A stretch of DNA of 56,227 nt from a virus. Lineage: Duplodnaviria; Caudoviricetes. Location of the stretch: positions 1 to 56,227 of IMG/VR virus record IMGVR_UViG_3300031885_000017; one strand, written 5' to 3'. Both the position numbers and the translations under genes were made by a program. Below are positions 9,488 through 19,538 of this stretch, in pieces; positions within the stretch are counted from its first letter, which is position 1; the number at the start of each line of letters is the position of its first letter. Under the pieces are notes generated by a model that saw only the letters and a list, made by a program, of their open reading frames with translations, was not told the DNA's origin and searched no databases.

Positions 9488-11419
9488 ATCCCTCACGAAG
9501 CTTTAACCCTCGCAGGACAGTCGTTCTACGTCTCTGGGCCCGTCCGCGTCAACTCAGTGGCCGAGTGGACCCAAGGCCTAAAGGTCGGACGTGCAACATA
9601 TGACGAGAGACTTCACGCCTTCTGGTTGTGCTTGGACGACTTTTCCGCAGGCATCGGCCACCGGCGCCTGGAGATCCGCGAGGAGCTGGGCACCTGCTGG
9701 GACAACAACGGCGGCGTAGACATCCGCCGGGCCCGGCACATCACCCTGCCGCCCACGGTTGACGCCGCGGCCATCACCGCCCCGGCTGCGTTAGACTACA
9801 CCGGCCGGAGCCCCGGTCGCCCTATCATGGGCACCACGACCGGGGGTGTCGCCCTCCTCGCTGGCTTGGGAGGTAGCATCTACCGCTCGACCGACAACGC
9901 CACCGGCTTCACCAAGGTCAAAGACATCGCCAGCGCCACCATGATCTCCACCATCCTGGAGTATTCTCCGCCCACACCCGCGGCAGCCACGGCGCTCTAT
10001 GCCTTTCCGGAAGGCGGCGGCGGAACCGCCCGCTACCAGCGTTCGACGGATGCCATCACCTGGGCCGACGGAGGAACCGGCACCCAGAAGGTCATCGAGG
10101 ATGGGATTGTCTGGAGGGAGATGCTCATTGGCACGCGGCCTATCGCCGAGATCATCTTCTCTGTGGACGGGCAGACCTGGAACATCGATGTTGCGTCCGA
10201 CGCCCAGCCTATCTGGAGGGCAGGTTATGGGCGTGTCATCTTCGTTGGCGCTTTTATGGCCCCCTGGGGCGAGGGTACAGTTCACTTCCTGGCCACCAAC
10301 CAAGAAGGTATCATCTCGCTCTTTGCTCTTGACTTTGACCCCCGCCAAGCCTACGAAATCCCTCTCGGTATCGGTTCCTCCATCCTACATGCCATCATCT
10401 ACCAAAACTACATCGCCCTCACCGATGGCTTTCAGGTCTATCTGTGGGATGGTCAGACCGTCCGCAACATCTCCTGGGGGCGCAAGGGGGCGGTGCCGCC
10501 CTGCCTTCAGTATGGGTGTGTGGCCAAACTTGCTGCCATCGGGGACTACCTATATGCGTTGTACGAGACCGCCGATGGTGCCCAGCAACTCATGTGCTAC
10601 AACGGCGCGGGATGGACAACGCTGGGGCCGAAGGTAGCGGCCATCAAAGCGCCCGCATTTGGGTCGGCGGCCCGCTGGAATCCACTTCAGTACACCACGG
10701 GCCGGAGACTGGTGGCCCTGGGCACCACGAGTTACAGCGGCGTCACCAGCCCGAAGCGCGTTCTCTGGACACTACCGGCACTCGCCGAGACCCCCAGTGT
10801 TGGCGTGGATAACTTCCAGGATGGCCCCCTCTACTTCACCACGGGTTGGATCGATGGTGGCTTCCGCGAATTGTCTGGTGCCCTCTACCGCCTCTACTGC
10901 GATGGCTACAACATTACAGCTAATGAGACGGTGAAGGTGGAGTACCAACTCGACAACAATGAGGCCGGGGCCTGGACCCTCGTGGGTACGGGCACCTTCA
11001 CGGCGGCCGGGACATACCTCAGCTTCGCAGGCAGTACCGGCCTACAGTTCCGCACCGTCCGATTTAGGATCACCCTGGACCGCGGCGGCACGGCAAACCT
11101 CAGTCCTGAGTTGATGTCCCTGGTGCTACTCTACGATAAGAAACCTACCTTCCGCTCGACCTGGATCTTCCAGATAGACGTAAGCCAGATGATTGCTGAG
11201 GGGGTTCATGTTGGCGGAGTAGACGCCACACTGAAGAACGTCTGGGAGGCGCTGGTCGCCATCTGGAACACGAAGACGCTGGTTCTGCTCGTGGTCCCGA
11301 ACGTGACCACTGGTACTTATGTGAAGATTGCTGATTGCCCTGCAACTTTTGACGACTTCAGGGACGCGGTTGCTGGACGTGGAACCGTGGACATCACCCT
11401 TATAGAGCCCATCACGTGA
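9488..11419 (+). CDS. Tail nozzle/stabilisation protein (beta-propeller; P22 gp10/T7 gp12-like role)
   Basis: About 640 aa, SxD..W Asp-box-like repeats, C-terminal TGWIDGG..RFRITL; start uncertain (ATC 9488 after GGAGGT, or GTG 9557). Confidence 0.6.
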   Translation: MPHEALTLAGQSFYVSGPVRVNSVAEWTQGLKVGRATYDERLHAFWLCLDDFSAGIGHRRLEIREELGTCWDNNGGVDIRRARHITLPPTVDAAAITAPAALDYTGRSPGRPIMGTTTGGVALLAGLGGSIYRSTDNATGFTKVKDIASATMISTILEYSPPTPAAATALYAFPEGGGGTARYQRSTDAITWADGGTGTQKVIEDGIVWREMLIGTRPIAEIIFSVDGQTWNIDVASDAQPIWRAGYGRVIFVGAFMAPWGEGTVHFLATNQEGIISLFALDFDPRQAYEIPLGIGSSILHAIIYQNYIALTDGFQVYLWDGQTVRNISWGRKGAVPPCLQYGCVAKLAAIGDYLYALYETADGAQQLMCYNGAGWTTLGPKVAAIKAPAFGSAARWNPLQYTTGRRLVALGTTSYSGVTSPKRVLWTLPALAETPSVGVDNFQDGPLYFTTGWIDGGFRELSGALYRLYCDGYNITANETVKVEYQLDNNEAGAWTLVGTGTFTAAGTYLSFAGSTGLQFRTVRFRITLDRGGTANLSPELMSLVLLYDKKPTFRSTWIFQIDVSQMIAEGVHVGGVDATLKNVWEALVAIWNTKTLVLLVVPNVTTGTYVKIADCPATFDDFRDAVAGRGTVDITLIEPIT

Positions 11420-11428
11420 GGATAATTC

Positions 11429-11974
11429 GTGGCACGTAGGATTTCCTTTGACCGCCCGGCTCCCTTCCGCGCCCCGCGCATCCCACAGGCGGGGCGCCTA
11501 CGCCGTGTCGCCGCGCGGAAGGGCCTGGAACTGCGCCCTCTCGCCGGTCCCGAAATCCCCATGCCTCCAGAACAAGACCAAGCCCTGGCAGACCGGGCCG
11601 CTGCATGGATGGCTGCGTACCACGGTTCTCTTCCGGAGTTCATCGTCTGGGACTGGTTGGTTGGCACCAAGAAGCAGCGGCCCGGCGTCGATTTCATCTA
11701 CCAGGATCCGTTCATGGGCGGTCGAACCTCCTTCGGAGGATTTGTGGTCGATTTCGCTTTCCCCGCCCAACAGATGGGGTGGAACGTCCAGGGACTCCGC
11801 TGGCACTGGACTAATCCCAATGACCGCGCCCGCGACATGATAGCCAAGCAGTTGCTCGCAAGCCAGGGCATCACCCTGCTTTTCCTTTGGGAGGATTCAC
11901 TCTTAACGCGCCCTGATCTCGTGTTGGAGAAAGCGTGGCGCGGGGAGCAGCTCAACACAGGCAGGGAGCACTAG
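11429..11974 (+). CDS. PD-(D/E)XK nuclease-fold protein, DUF559/Vsr-like
   Basis: LPE..YQ..VVDF..VQGLRWH..D..L..QGITLLFLWE pattern. Confidence 0.65.
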   Translation: MARRISFDRPAPFRAPRIPQAGRLRRVAARKGLELRPLAGPEIPMPPEQDQALADRAAAWMAAYHGSLPEFIVWDWLVGTKKQRPGVDFIYQDPFMGGRTSFGGFVVDFAFPAQQMGWNVQGLRWHWTNPNDRARDMIAKQLLASQGITLLFLWEDSLLTRPDLVLEKAWRGEQLNTGREH

Positions 11975-11976
11975 AC

Positions 11977-14900
11977 ATGGCCTGGGCAAGGATCGCTACT
12001 GTCAACGAGAACTTCCAGCCTCTTGCTGGCGTTGAGGTGGAGTGTTTTGATGTCGATACCCTGGAGGTCATCTCCGTTGTAGAAAGTGACCTTGGCGGGA
12101 TCGCTCTCTTCACAGGCCTACCGGAGAATCAACGCTACTTCTTTAAAGTCCGAGCTCGGCGCACAAGCACCCGCGTAGAGAGTACACTCGATCCCAGCCG
12201 CGGTCGTACCTACACGGGCCAGGTTCGCCTGCAAATCCTCTCCGCCAGTAGTTTCTGTTTTGATGCTGTGGTTGACCCTGCTGGGCAGTGGGGAAGTTCC
12301 AAAACAATTCAGGGGGCGATAAACGCTTTCGCCACCCGCATACTGGTTTTCCCCGGCACCTACAACGAAGCCCTCAGTGTCACCGATGGTCGCACACTCT
12401 ACATAGAGGGTTGTTCGCGTGTGTTGGTCAAGCCCTACAGGTTGGGAGCGGCCGATTCTCAATCTGTGGTCGTCACTGCCCGCTACGTGGCAGGGACTCC
12501 CCCGGCGCTGACAGTGAATTACGGGAGCGCCAATGTCACTGTCCGGGGGGTCACATTCAAGGCTGCCGCAGGCCAGAAGTGTATTTCCCTAATAAACAAG
12601 TCTCTAACACTACTCGACTGCACCGTGTACCCCGTAGATGCGGCCAATACGGTCGGCATTTACGTGGAAGGCTCGGCGTCCACAGAAGCACAAGTAGAAC
12701 TAGACCGGGTGGTAGTTTGTGTCCCCAGCGGTATAGCTTTCCAGGCCGGTGCCCCCAATACGAGCGTGGAGTACATTCGGATAAATCGAAGTTGCTTAAC
12801 CGGCCGCGTTCTAATAGGGGGCGCTTCGATCCACTCTCTGCGGATTATCGATACGGAACTACAGTCACCCACTTTGGGTGGGGTGAGTCTCCAGGTGGGA
12901 ACGGCCGGTACGGGAACCGTCATAGACTCGCTGCGGTTTATGGGAAACTCGTTCTTCTATGGTGGAGGCCAGGCCAACACCATCATGTCCCTGGCAATCG
13001 CGCCAGCCACCCCCCCATATGGGGTCACGATCATAGGCAACCACTTTACAGACTCTTCCACTACGAACGTCGATACCGGTCTACGAATCGAGGCAGTATG
13101 TGGGGCGGTATCGATTATCGTCGTTGGCAACCACTTTACTCGACTGTCCACACCCATCGATATAAATGTGGCTGCGACGGGTGTGATTGTCTGGGCCAAC
13201 GACTATATTGGTAGCGGAGCCATTACTGGCACCCCCACCCCAATCGGCGGCGGCGAACTTGCGGCCATTGCCCACAACCTCCTCAGCGCCACACACCCCG
13301 ACACCCTGGCAGGGGCGGTGCTCGACGGCGATCTCGTCATCGGGAACGTCACTCCCAAGTGGAGCAGACTAGCAATCAGCATCCCGGCGGCCAACGTCCG
13401 GAACGTCCTGGGCATCGACAATGGTGAGCTTCGTCCTTCCTGGAAGACGGCCCTGGACGGTACGACACCGGCCGACATTGCGGCGGCCGGGTCTGCGGGT
13501 ACTAGCCTCATCTTCTCCCACCGCGACCATGTTCACAAGCATCCGGTCTTCGCCAGCGGCGACCTTCATACAGAGTACGAGCTTGTCGGGACGGCAGCCG
13601 CACTCATCCTTATCCATGCGGGGCTCCCGGACATCCACCATGCCGGATTCATCGGCCTGACTATCGCCGGACCTGCCAACATCGACCCCAATGCCGGAGA
13701 CCGAATCACCATCGAGGACACGGCCTCCGTCACCTGGGCCTCCTCCGGTGCGGGGAAGATTGCAGCCACGGCCGTTGCTGGAGGAGTTGACCACGGCGGG
13801 CTGGCTGGTCTGGGTGATGACGACCATACGCAGTACCTCCTCCTGGCCGGACGTGCTGCGGCCCAGCAGGACATCGCCAAGAGCATCTCAGTTGCAACCT
13901 ACGCCCGCATCGGCTCGGCCGCGGCACCCACGAACGTGACGGCCGGAGACCTCACGGTGGGACGCCTGAACATCGGCAACGAGGCGTTCGCCCAGTACGA
14001 AGTGGTACGGGTTCTGGACAGCCAGACGGTTAATGCGGTGATGACCGGCGTTTACATCCGCGCCTCGAACTCCCCTACCGCGTCTGGGGGGTGGGAGTTT
14101 GGGGCCCTCCGCGTGAGGGGAGAGTACGGCGGGAGCTTCAACAACTCCACTGTGGTCACGGCAGCTACGTTCGAGTTTTTCGTCACTGGGACGGGAAAGC
14201 CCGACTACATTAGCGGCATCGATGTGTATGGACTGCGCCTCGCAACTGGCGCAGGGGCACCCATGTCCGTCGGTCAGTCCAGGGTGATTGCTGGCCTTAT
14301 GTTCACGGGTGCGGGTAGGGCCCCGGCGGAGACCGTCACCATCGACGGCCTGAGCGGACTCTGGGTCGAGTCTGGGTACGCTAACCTCATCGCCGGTGAT
14401 GCCGTCACGACGGCCAAGGGCATCTACATTGAGAACATGGGCAATGCCGCGGTTACGAACGCCTACGGCATCAGTATCAATGGTGTCACTGGGGCCGTTA
14501 CCACGAACATTGGCATCGACATCGGCGCCTGTGACGGACTTGACATCCGCTCTGCCGGTCACTCGGCCTTTGGCGGCCGGGTGGTGATAGGCAGTACGTC
14601 CCCTCCTTCCAGCACCATTGGTCTTAGCACACACCACACTTCGACTAGCACCGCCGGTTCCTTCTATGAGCTTCAAAGCCTCATGGACGCCAACCCCAGC
14701 GGGGCGTCGTCGGCAACTTACGTGGGCCAACGGGTGTTTGCCCAGTCCTTGGCGGGCAACGCCCAGAACTTTACAGGCTACCTCATAGGCCTCGACGCAA
14801 TTACACAACACGCCGGTTCAGGTACGATGGCGGCCCTATGGGGGGTGCATATCGCACCCTATGTCCAGTTGGGCGCGGGAAACTTGACGACGGTTTACGG

Positions 14901-15429
14901 TGCCTACATTCAGCCAATCGTCTTCCTTGCTAGCTCTGTGGCACGGGTGACGGGCGAAGTACGTGGCTTACAGATCGATGGCCCAGCTCTGGGGGCTGGC
15001 CCTGGCGTAGTTGCCAACTACTATGGCATCTACCTTAACAACTGCATTGTCGCCACGACGTTGAATGTTGGTATCCGAGTCGAGGGCATGAACACTGCCT
15101 GCCTTTGGCTGTCCTCTGACACAGCGAGCCGGAACGTCATCGCCTGGGGCTCCGCCCGCGACGTGAATCTCTACCGCTCGGCGGCGAACGAATTGGCGAC
15201 CGATGATAGTTTGGTCGTCACCCTTGACCTTGATGTGGTGCGGCGGGCTCTCTTCGGTGCCGCGGCTGCGACAGTGGCCGGACGGGTGGTGGAGATTCGA
15301 CAGTCCACCCCGGCCGCCAACGAAACGGAGTTATGGCTGGGTGAAGGAACCCCCGAAACCGTCCGACAAGTGCAGTGGAAGGATGCCTTGAACCTCGTGG
15401 CGGGGGATAAGGTGTTGGTGTTGGTCTAA
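11977..15429 (+). CDS. Tail fibre/spike with pectin-lyase-like beta-helix
   Basis: TIQGAINA..ILVFPGTYNE, repeated IxGNxF rungs, DHGGLAGLGDDDHTQY and NLYRSAAN fibre motifs. Confidence 0.8.
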   Translation: MAWARIATVNENFQPLAGVEVECFDVDTLEVISVVESDLGGIALFTGLPENQRYFFKVRARRTSTRVESTLDPSRGRTYTGQVRLQILSASSFCFDAVVDPAGQWGSSKTIQGAINAFATRILVFPGTYNEALSVTDGRTLYIEGCSRVLVKPYRLGAADSQSVVVTARYVAGTPPALTVNYGSANVTVRGVTFKAAAGQKCISLINKSLTLLDCTVYPVDAANTVGIYVEGSASTEAQVELDRVVVCVPSGIAFQAGAPNTSVEYIRINRSCLTGRVLIGGASIHSLRIIDTELQSPTLGGVSLQVGTAGTGTVIDSLRFMGNSFFYGGGQANTIMSLAIAPATPPYGVTIIGNHFTDSSTTNVDTGLRIEAVCGAVSIIVVGNHFTRLSTPIDINVAATGVIVWANDYIGSGAITGTPTPIGGGELAAIAHNLLSATHPDTLAGAVLDGDLVIGNVTPKWSRLAISIPAANVRNVLGIDNGELRPSWKTALDGTTPADIAAAGSAGTSLIFSHRDHVHKHPVFASGDLHTEYELVGTAAALILIHAGLPDIHHAGFIGLTIAGPANIDPNAGDRITIEDTASVTWASSGAGKIAATAVAGGVDHGGLAGLGDDDHTQYLLLAGRAAAQQDIAKSISVATYARIGSAAAPTNVTAGDLTVGRLNIGNEAFAQYEVVRVLDSQTVNAVMTGVYIRASNSPTASGGWEFGALRVRGEYGGSFNNSTVVTAATFEFFVTGTGKPDYISGIDVYGLRLATGAGAPMSVGQSRVIAGLMFTGAGRAPAETVTIDGLSGLWVESGYANLIAGDAVTTAKGIYIENMGNAAVTNAYGISINGVTGAVTTNIGIDIGACDGLDIRSAGHSAFGGRVVIGSTSPPSSTIGLSTHHTSTSTAGSFYELQSLMDANPSGASSATYVGQRVFAQSLAGNAQNFTGYLIGLDAITQHAGSGTMAALWGVHIAPYVQLGAGNLTTVYGAYIQPIVFLASSVARVTGEVRGLQIDGPALGAGPGVVANYYGIYLNNCIVATTLNVGIRVEGMNTACLWLSSDTASRNVIAWGSARDVNLYRSAANELATDDSLVVTLDLDVVRRALFGAAAATVAGRVVEIRQSTPAANETELWLGEGTPETVRQVQWKDALNLVAGDKVLVLV

Positions 15430-17096
15430 TGGCTCTAACAGAAAGACTGGGCGCCCAGTACACCGGCCTGCTCTCGGAACGTCCTCTAACAGCCCTTCTG
15501 GGGGACACGTTCTTCGCAACGGATACCCTCACTGCGTATGTATGGAGCGATAACACATGGGCCGTGCTTGGTGGTGGTAGTGGTGGCGGAGCCCCCCTTG
15601 GTGCCTCCTATGTCGTCATCAGTCCAAATGCTATCCTGACCGACGAGCGGCAACTGGCCGTGGTTGCCCCCATCACCCTCGCCGACAACGGGGCAGGTGA
15701 GACCGTTGAAATCGGGCTGAACATCTCTGGTATCGACCACGGCGGCCTGGCCGGTCTGGGTGATGACGACCACACCCAGTACCTCCGCCTGGCTGGGCGT
15801 GCGGGCGGACAGACGGCCTATGGCGGTACGGGTGCCGCAGAGACCCTAACTCTCGTCTCCACCGCTCACGCCACTAAGGGCAACATCATCCTCGGTGCGG
15901 CGGGGCTGTTTGACCTCACGCCAGCGGGCCAGTTGCAGTTGCCCGTTCAGGGAAGTGCGGGCGGGTTGCTCATCGGCACGGATGTCAACCTCTATCGTTC
16001 GGCGGCCAACGTGCTCAAGACAAACGACTCCTTCTTGGCACTGGGGCACATAGGCGTTGGCTCCGGGAGCATTATTGCGGCCCGCACTATTCTGTCGGCG
16101 GATGAGGAGATTACCCTTACGACCGGCCAGACGGCGACTGGCATTGGTGGTATGGTGACTGCGCGGGCGGCCAATACCGTCAGTGGCGCCAAGCTCTACG
16201 GCCTCTACTACATGGCGCAGAGTGCCGGTTCCGCGGGGACGTGGGGGAACTTCGCGGACGTTGCGTCCATATACGGCATAACTACACTGAGCAAGAACAC
16301 ACATGATGTTGCCCGTAGCCTCAAACTAGAACTCGGTAGCGCCGTGGCGGAGCCGCCCACCATCACCCTCTTTGAGGGAATCGGCTTCGTCAACACCCTG
16401 GAGGAGGGCGCGTTCACCACCTTCAAGGGCATCAACATCCCCGATATGTGCGCCGGGGCGGGCAGTGTTGGGACGTTCTACGGGTTGGACATAGCAGCCC
16501 AGACGGTGGTGACAGCGAGCATAGGCATCCGGCTCGGTGCCTTCGCCACCTCAGCCCTTTGGTTAAACACTAACACTCCCGCTAGCGGAGTTATTCACTG
16601 GGGCACGGCAAAGGACACCAACCTCTACCGAAGTGCGGCGAACGTACTCAAGACCGATGATGCCTTCCACGCAGGCGGGGGGTTGGCCGCTGACACCGTT
16701 GTTGAGATAACCGGCGCCGCCGGAGTGACCGTTGACGGCTGTCTCATCAAGGACGGCCGTGCAGCCCTGGCGCTGGGCCTTCGAGAGACAAGTGGGCCAA
16801 CCGACCTTGTGGTGGGGGCCGTGGCCGACGGTGAGTACCTGAAGCGCGTCGGGGCAACGATTGTAAGCGGCGTACCTGCTGGTGGCGGCGCTATGGCTAC
16901 CGACCCCCTCTGGGATGCCGCTGGCGACCTTGCAGTAGGTACGGGTGCGGACACGGGCGCGAGATTGGCAAAAGGCAACGACGATGAGGTACTCACGATG
17001 GTCGCAGGGGCAGTGGCGTGGGCTGCTGCGCCCGCCGGTGGCGGCGGTGGCGCCGGACTAGCAATTACATTCGCACTCGTTCTTGGAGGTGACTAA
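15429..17096 (+). CDS. Tail fibre protein
   Basis: Gly-rich; DHGGLAGLGDDDHTQY; two NLYRSAANVLKT motifs; TAATG coupling. Confidence 0.8.
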   Translation: MALTERLGAQYTGLLSERPLTALLGDTFFATDTLTAYVWSDNTWAVLGGGSGGGAPLGASYVVISPNAILTDERQLAVVAPITLADNGAGETVEIGLNISGIDHGGLAGLGDDDHTQYLRLAGRAGGQTAYGGTGAAETLTLVSTAHATKGNIILGAAGLFDLTPAGQLQLPVQGSAGGLLIGTDVNLYRSAANVLKTNDSFLALGHIGVGSGSIIAARTILSADEEITLTTGQTATGIGGMVTARAANTVSGAKLYGLYYMAQSAGSAGTWGNFADVASIYGITTLSKNTHDVARSLKLELGSAVAEPPTITLFEGIGFVNTLEEGAFTTFKGINIPDMCAGAGSVGTFYGLDIAAQTVVTASIGIRLGAFATSALWLNTNTPASGVIHWGTAKDTNLYRSAANVLKTDDAFHAGGGLAADTVVEITGAAGVTVDGCLIKDGRAALALGLRETSGPTDLVVGAVADGEYLKRVGATIVSGVPAGGGAMATDPLWDAAGDLAVGTGADTGARLAKGNDDEVLTMVAGAVAWAAAPAGGGGGAGLAITFALVLGGD

Positions 17097-17452
17097 TGGC
17101 CGCACCCACACAGTTTACACCTATGCCCCTCTTGGACGGTACGGCGGTTCCCGCTGCTGCTGCCGAGGCTTACGCCGCCCCCGCTGGCGGGGTCAACCAG
17201 GGCGTCATCATTGCCGGTCTGCGAGTAGTCAACATCGTGTTGGTAGCGACTCTTTTGACCCTTTGGGTTGTGCCCAGCGGGGGGGCAAGGACCGACGCCA
17301 ACAAGATAGTGGTGGCCTCGATTCCCGCTAATGGCCTTGACTACGTGTTCCTCAAGGCCGTCATGCTCGAACCAGGAGATGCTGTACACTGGCTGGCTGG
17401 AGCCGCGACCTCGCTTTCAGGCCGCATAGACGGCGTGAAGATGGAGACCTAG
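17096..17452 (+). CDS. Small tail-fibre-associated protein
   Basis: Translationally coupled, beta-rich 118 aa. Confidence 0.65.
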   Translation: MAAPTQFTPMPLLDGTAVPAAAAEAYAAPAGGVNQGVIIAGLRVVNIVLVATLLTLWVVPSGGARTDANKIVVASIPANGLDYVFLKAVMLEPGDAVHWLAGAATSLSGRIDGVKMET

Positions 17453-17453
17453 A

Positions 17454-18833
17454 ATGGCGCGACTTGACGCTGACGGTTGGGTGAAGCGCGATGGGCTAGA
17501 GGGCATCTACCCGCGTAATGTCGAGGCGCCGTCCTTTGTGTCAGCCACCGAGCCGGTGCTGACAACCTACGCCTCGGCCAACGTGGACACGGACAAGCTC
17601 GTGGGCAACGTGGCGGCAAATACCCGCCGCGCTCAGGGGTTCAAGATTGCCGGAGACGCCAGCGTTGCCCAACTCCGCATCTGGGCCAAGAAGGTAGGGC
17701 TTCCTGGTGATAACCTGACCGTGCGGATATACACGGATGACGGCACAGGCAAGCCTAGCGGAACGGCGGTCGGCACCGCATTGACTTTCAATGGGTCACT
17801 CCTAACGACGAGCTATGCGTGGCGGGCCTTCGGGTACACCACTCTGCCCAGTTTGACGGCGGGCGTGCAATACCACCTGGTCGCCTATCGGTCGGGTGCC
17901 GTGGACGCCGCTAACTACTACGTGTGGGGCGTTGACGCTTCCGCGCCGTCCTATGCTGACGGCCAAGGCGCGGTATATGATGGTGCGACCTGGACTTCGG
18001 AGGCGACCGACCATGCCTTCGAGATCTACGGCACTAGCGCCTGGGCCTGGCCAGCCAGCTACACGCAACTTGTGGCGGCGACGGTAACGCCTTTCGTGCC
18101 GGTCTCGGCGCACGTCGCCATGCGGTTCGACTGCTACGTGACTGGCGTTATCCCCACCATGATAGAACTGGAAATAGCAACTGGGGCGGCTGGCAGCGAG
18201 GTGCTACTGGGTCGATTCTCGGAGGCGCTACTGGCCTACCAGTCGGTTGCTGGCGGTAGCACCGGCATCAAGATAAACAAAACCTATCCGCTGAGTCCGG
18301 CCCTGATAGCATCCGGGGCCCGCATCGCAGCCCGCATTAGGGTGTCCGTCAGCGACTCGAACGCCCGCGTCCGGGCAGCCTGCTACCTGAGCGGCTATGA
18401 CGGCGGCAACGTGCCCATCATGTACCCTCTCTACCCCTTCCGGCAGCACCTGTCCGGCATTGAGGCCGGTATCTCCAAGACTGCGCCGATGGGAGCACCC
18501 GTCACCGTGACCCCAGCCGCCTTCCCCAATTACGGGTCATACGTCCAGATTTGGGCAGCAGCGGACTATGACTGCATCGTGCATGGGGCCACGAGGTCAA
18601 CCCCATCCTCTATCTCCGACTACGGACTCTACCTAGGGTTCGCCACGGGCGCGGCGGGAGTGGAGGTGCCCAGGGCCATCCTGCCATTCCCAGCCGTGGG
18701 CACTACGATGCTTAGTGAGGTAGGTACACAACTGCTGCGGATACCCTTCATCGTCAAGAAGGGTGAGCGGCTGGCTATTGCGGCGACAGGGGGTGCCCCC
18801 ACCACGTTTGAAGTGCTGTCTGAGGAATTGTGA
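17454..18833 (+). CDS. Putative receptor-binding/tail tip protein
   Basis: Internal duplication (ATGAAGSEV/ATGAAGVEV) plus jelly-roll-like insert (AQGF..LTVRIYTDDGTGKP). Confidence 0.6.
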   Translation: MARLDADGWVKRDGLEGIYPRNVEAPSFVSATEPVLTTYASANVDTDKLVGNVAANTRRAQGFKIAGDASVAQLRIWAKKVGLPGDNLTVRIYTDDGTGKPSGTAVGTALTFNGSLLTTSYAWRAFGYTTLPSLTAGVQYHLVAYRSGAVDAANYYVWGVDASAPSYADGQGAVYDGATWTSEATDHAFEIYGTSAWAWPASYTQLVAATVTPFVPVSAHVAMRFDCYVTGVIPTMIELEIATGAAGSEVLLGRFSEALLAYQSVAGGSTGIKINKTYPLSPALIASGARIAARIRVSVSDSNARVRAACYLSGYDGGNVPIMYPLYPFRQHLSGIEAGISKTAPMGAPVTVTPAAFPNYGSYVQIWAAADYDCIVHGATRSTPSSISDYGLYLGFATGAAGVEVPRAILPFPAVGTTMLSEVGTQLLRIPFIVKKGERLAIAATGGAPTTFEVLSEEL

Positions 18834-18924
18834 GCAAGTCTAAGAAACGACAACAGGCCGAACGCAAGCAACGGCGCCAGCCTGCTGTTCCCACCAAGGG
18901 CAAGAAGCAGAAGAAGCCTGGGCG

Positions 18925-19329
18925 TTAGTCCGCGGACGGCTTCGCCTCAGCCTGCGCCTTCGGCAACCCCGCCCTCTGGATCTCCTCTAGTGCGCCCTGC
19001 ACACGCTCCACCTCATCGGCCAGGTGTGCTACCAGAAGCTCCTGGAGCCGTAGGCCTTCCCGCGCCTGCTCGACGATGGATCGCTGTGTTGGGGTATCCG
19101 CGGTCTTGAGGGCTTCTTCGTGCCGCGCCACCAGGCGCCGCTGGTTCTCCATCCCAAAGAAGGAGTCCACGAGCCTCTGCTCCAGCTCCTTCTGCTGCGC
19201 CAGGAGCCGTTCCTGGCGTACCGTCGGGTTGATCTTCTCCAGGATCGCCCGGATTCTCTCGTCTGCGGTTGGCATGTTCTTCACCTTCCTAAACTTGATA
19301 GCTCTGCGCTGGGCCCTATTCACGGCCAC
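18925..19329 (-). CDS. Coiled-coil hypothetical protein
   Basis: NRAQRR N-terminus, heptad pattern. Confidence 0.6.
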   Translation of the reverse strand: MAVNRAQRRAIKFRKVKNMPTADERIRAILEKINPTVRQERLLAQQKELEQRLVDSFFGMENQRRLVARHEEALKTADTPTQRSIVEQAREGLRLQELLVAHLADEVERVQGALEEIQRAGLPKAQAEAKPSAD

Positions 19330-19520
19330 TCATTCTTAGCTGCTTCAGAGGCCATGTAACCGAGGCCGACGGCCATGAAGAATGGCCCCAGGATGTTCCT
19401 GTAGTCCCGCTGGCCCCACTCGCGCCGGAAGTGGAGAAACTCCATCACCGAGGCGAACGCAAGGATGATCGTCCAGGTGACGCCCCACCACTGCGGCCAG
19501 TGGTCTCCGTTCTTAGGCAT
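19320..19520 (-). CDS. Small membrane protein (holin candidate)
   Basis: Two hydrophobic segments in 66 aa. Confidence 0.45.
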   Translation of the reverse strand: MPKNGDHWPQWWGVTWTIILAFASVMEFLHFRREWGQRDYRNILGPFFMAVGLGYMASEAAKNEWP

Positions 19521-19538
19521 GCCTCACCTCACCTCACC

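Noticed and set aside
12585-12595. TTCCCTAATAA as an extra operator copy
   Set aside because: Inside a coding region and lacks the CTAGC half; likely chance
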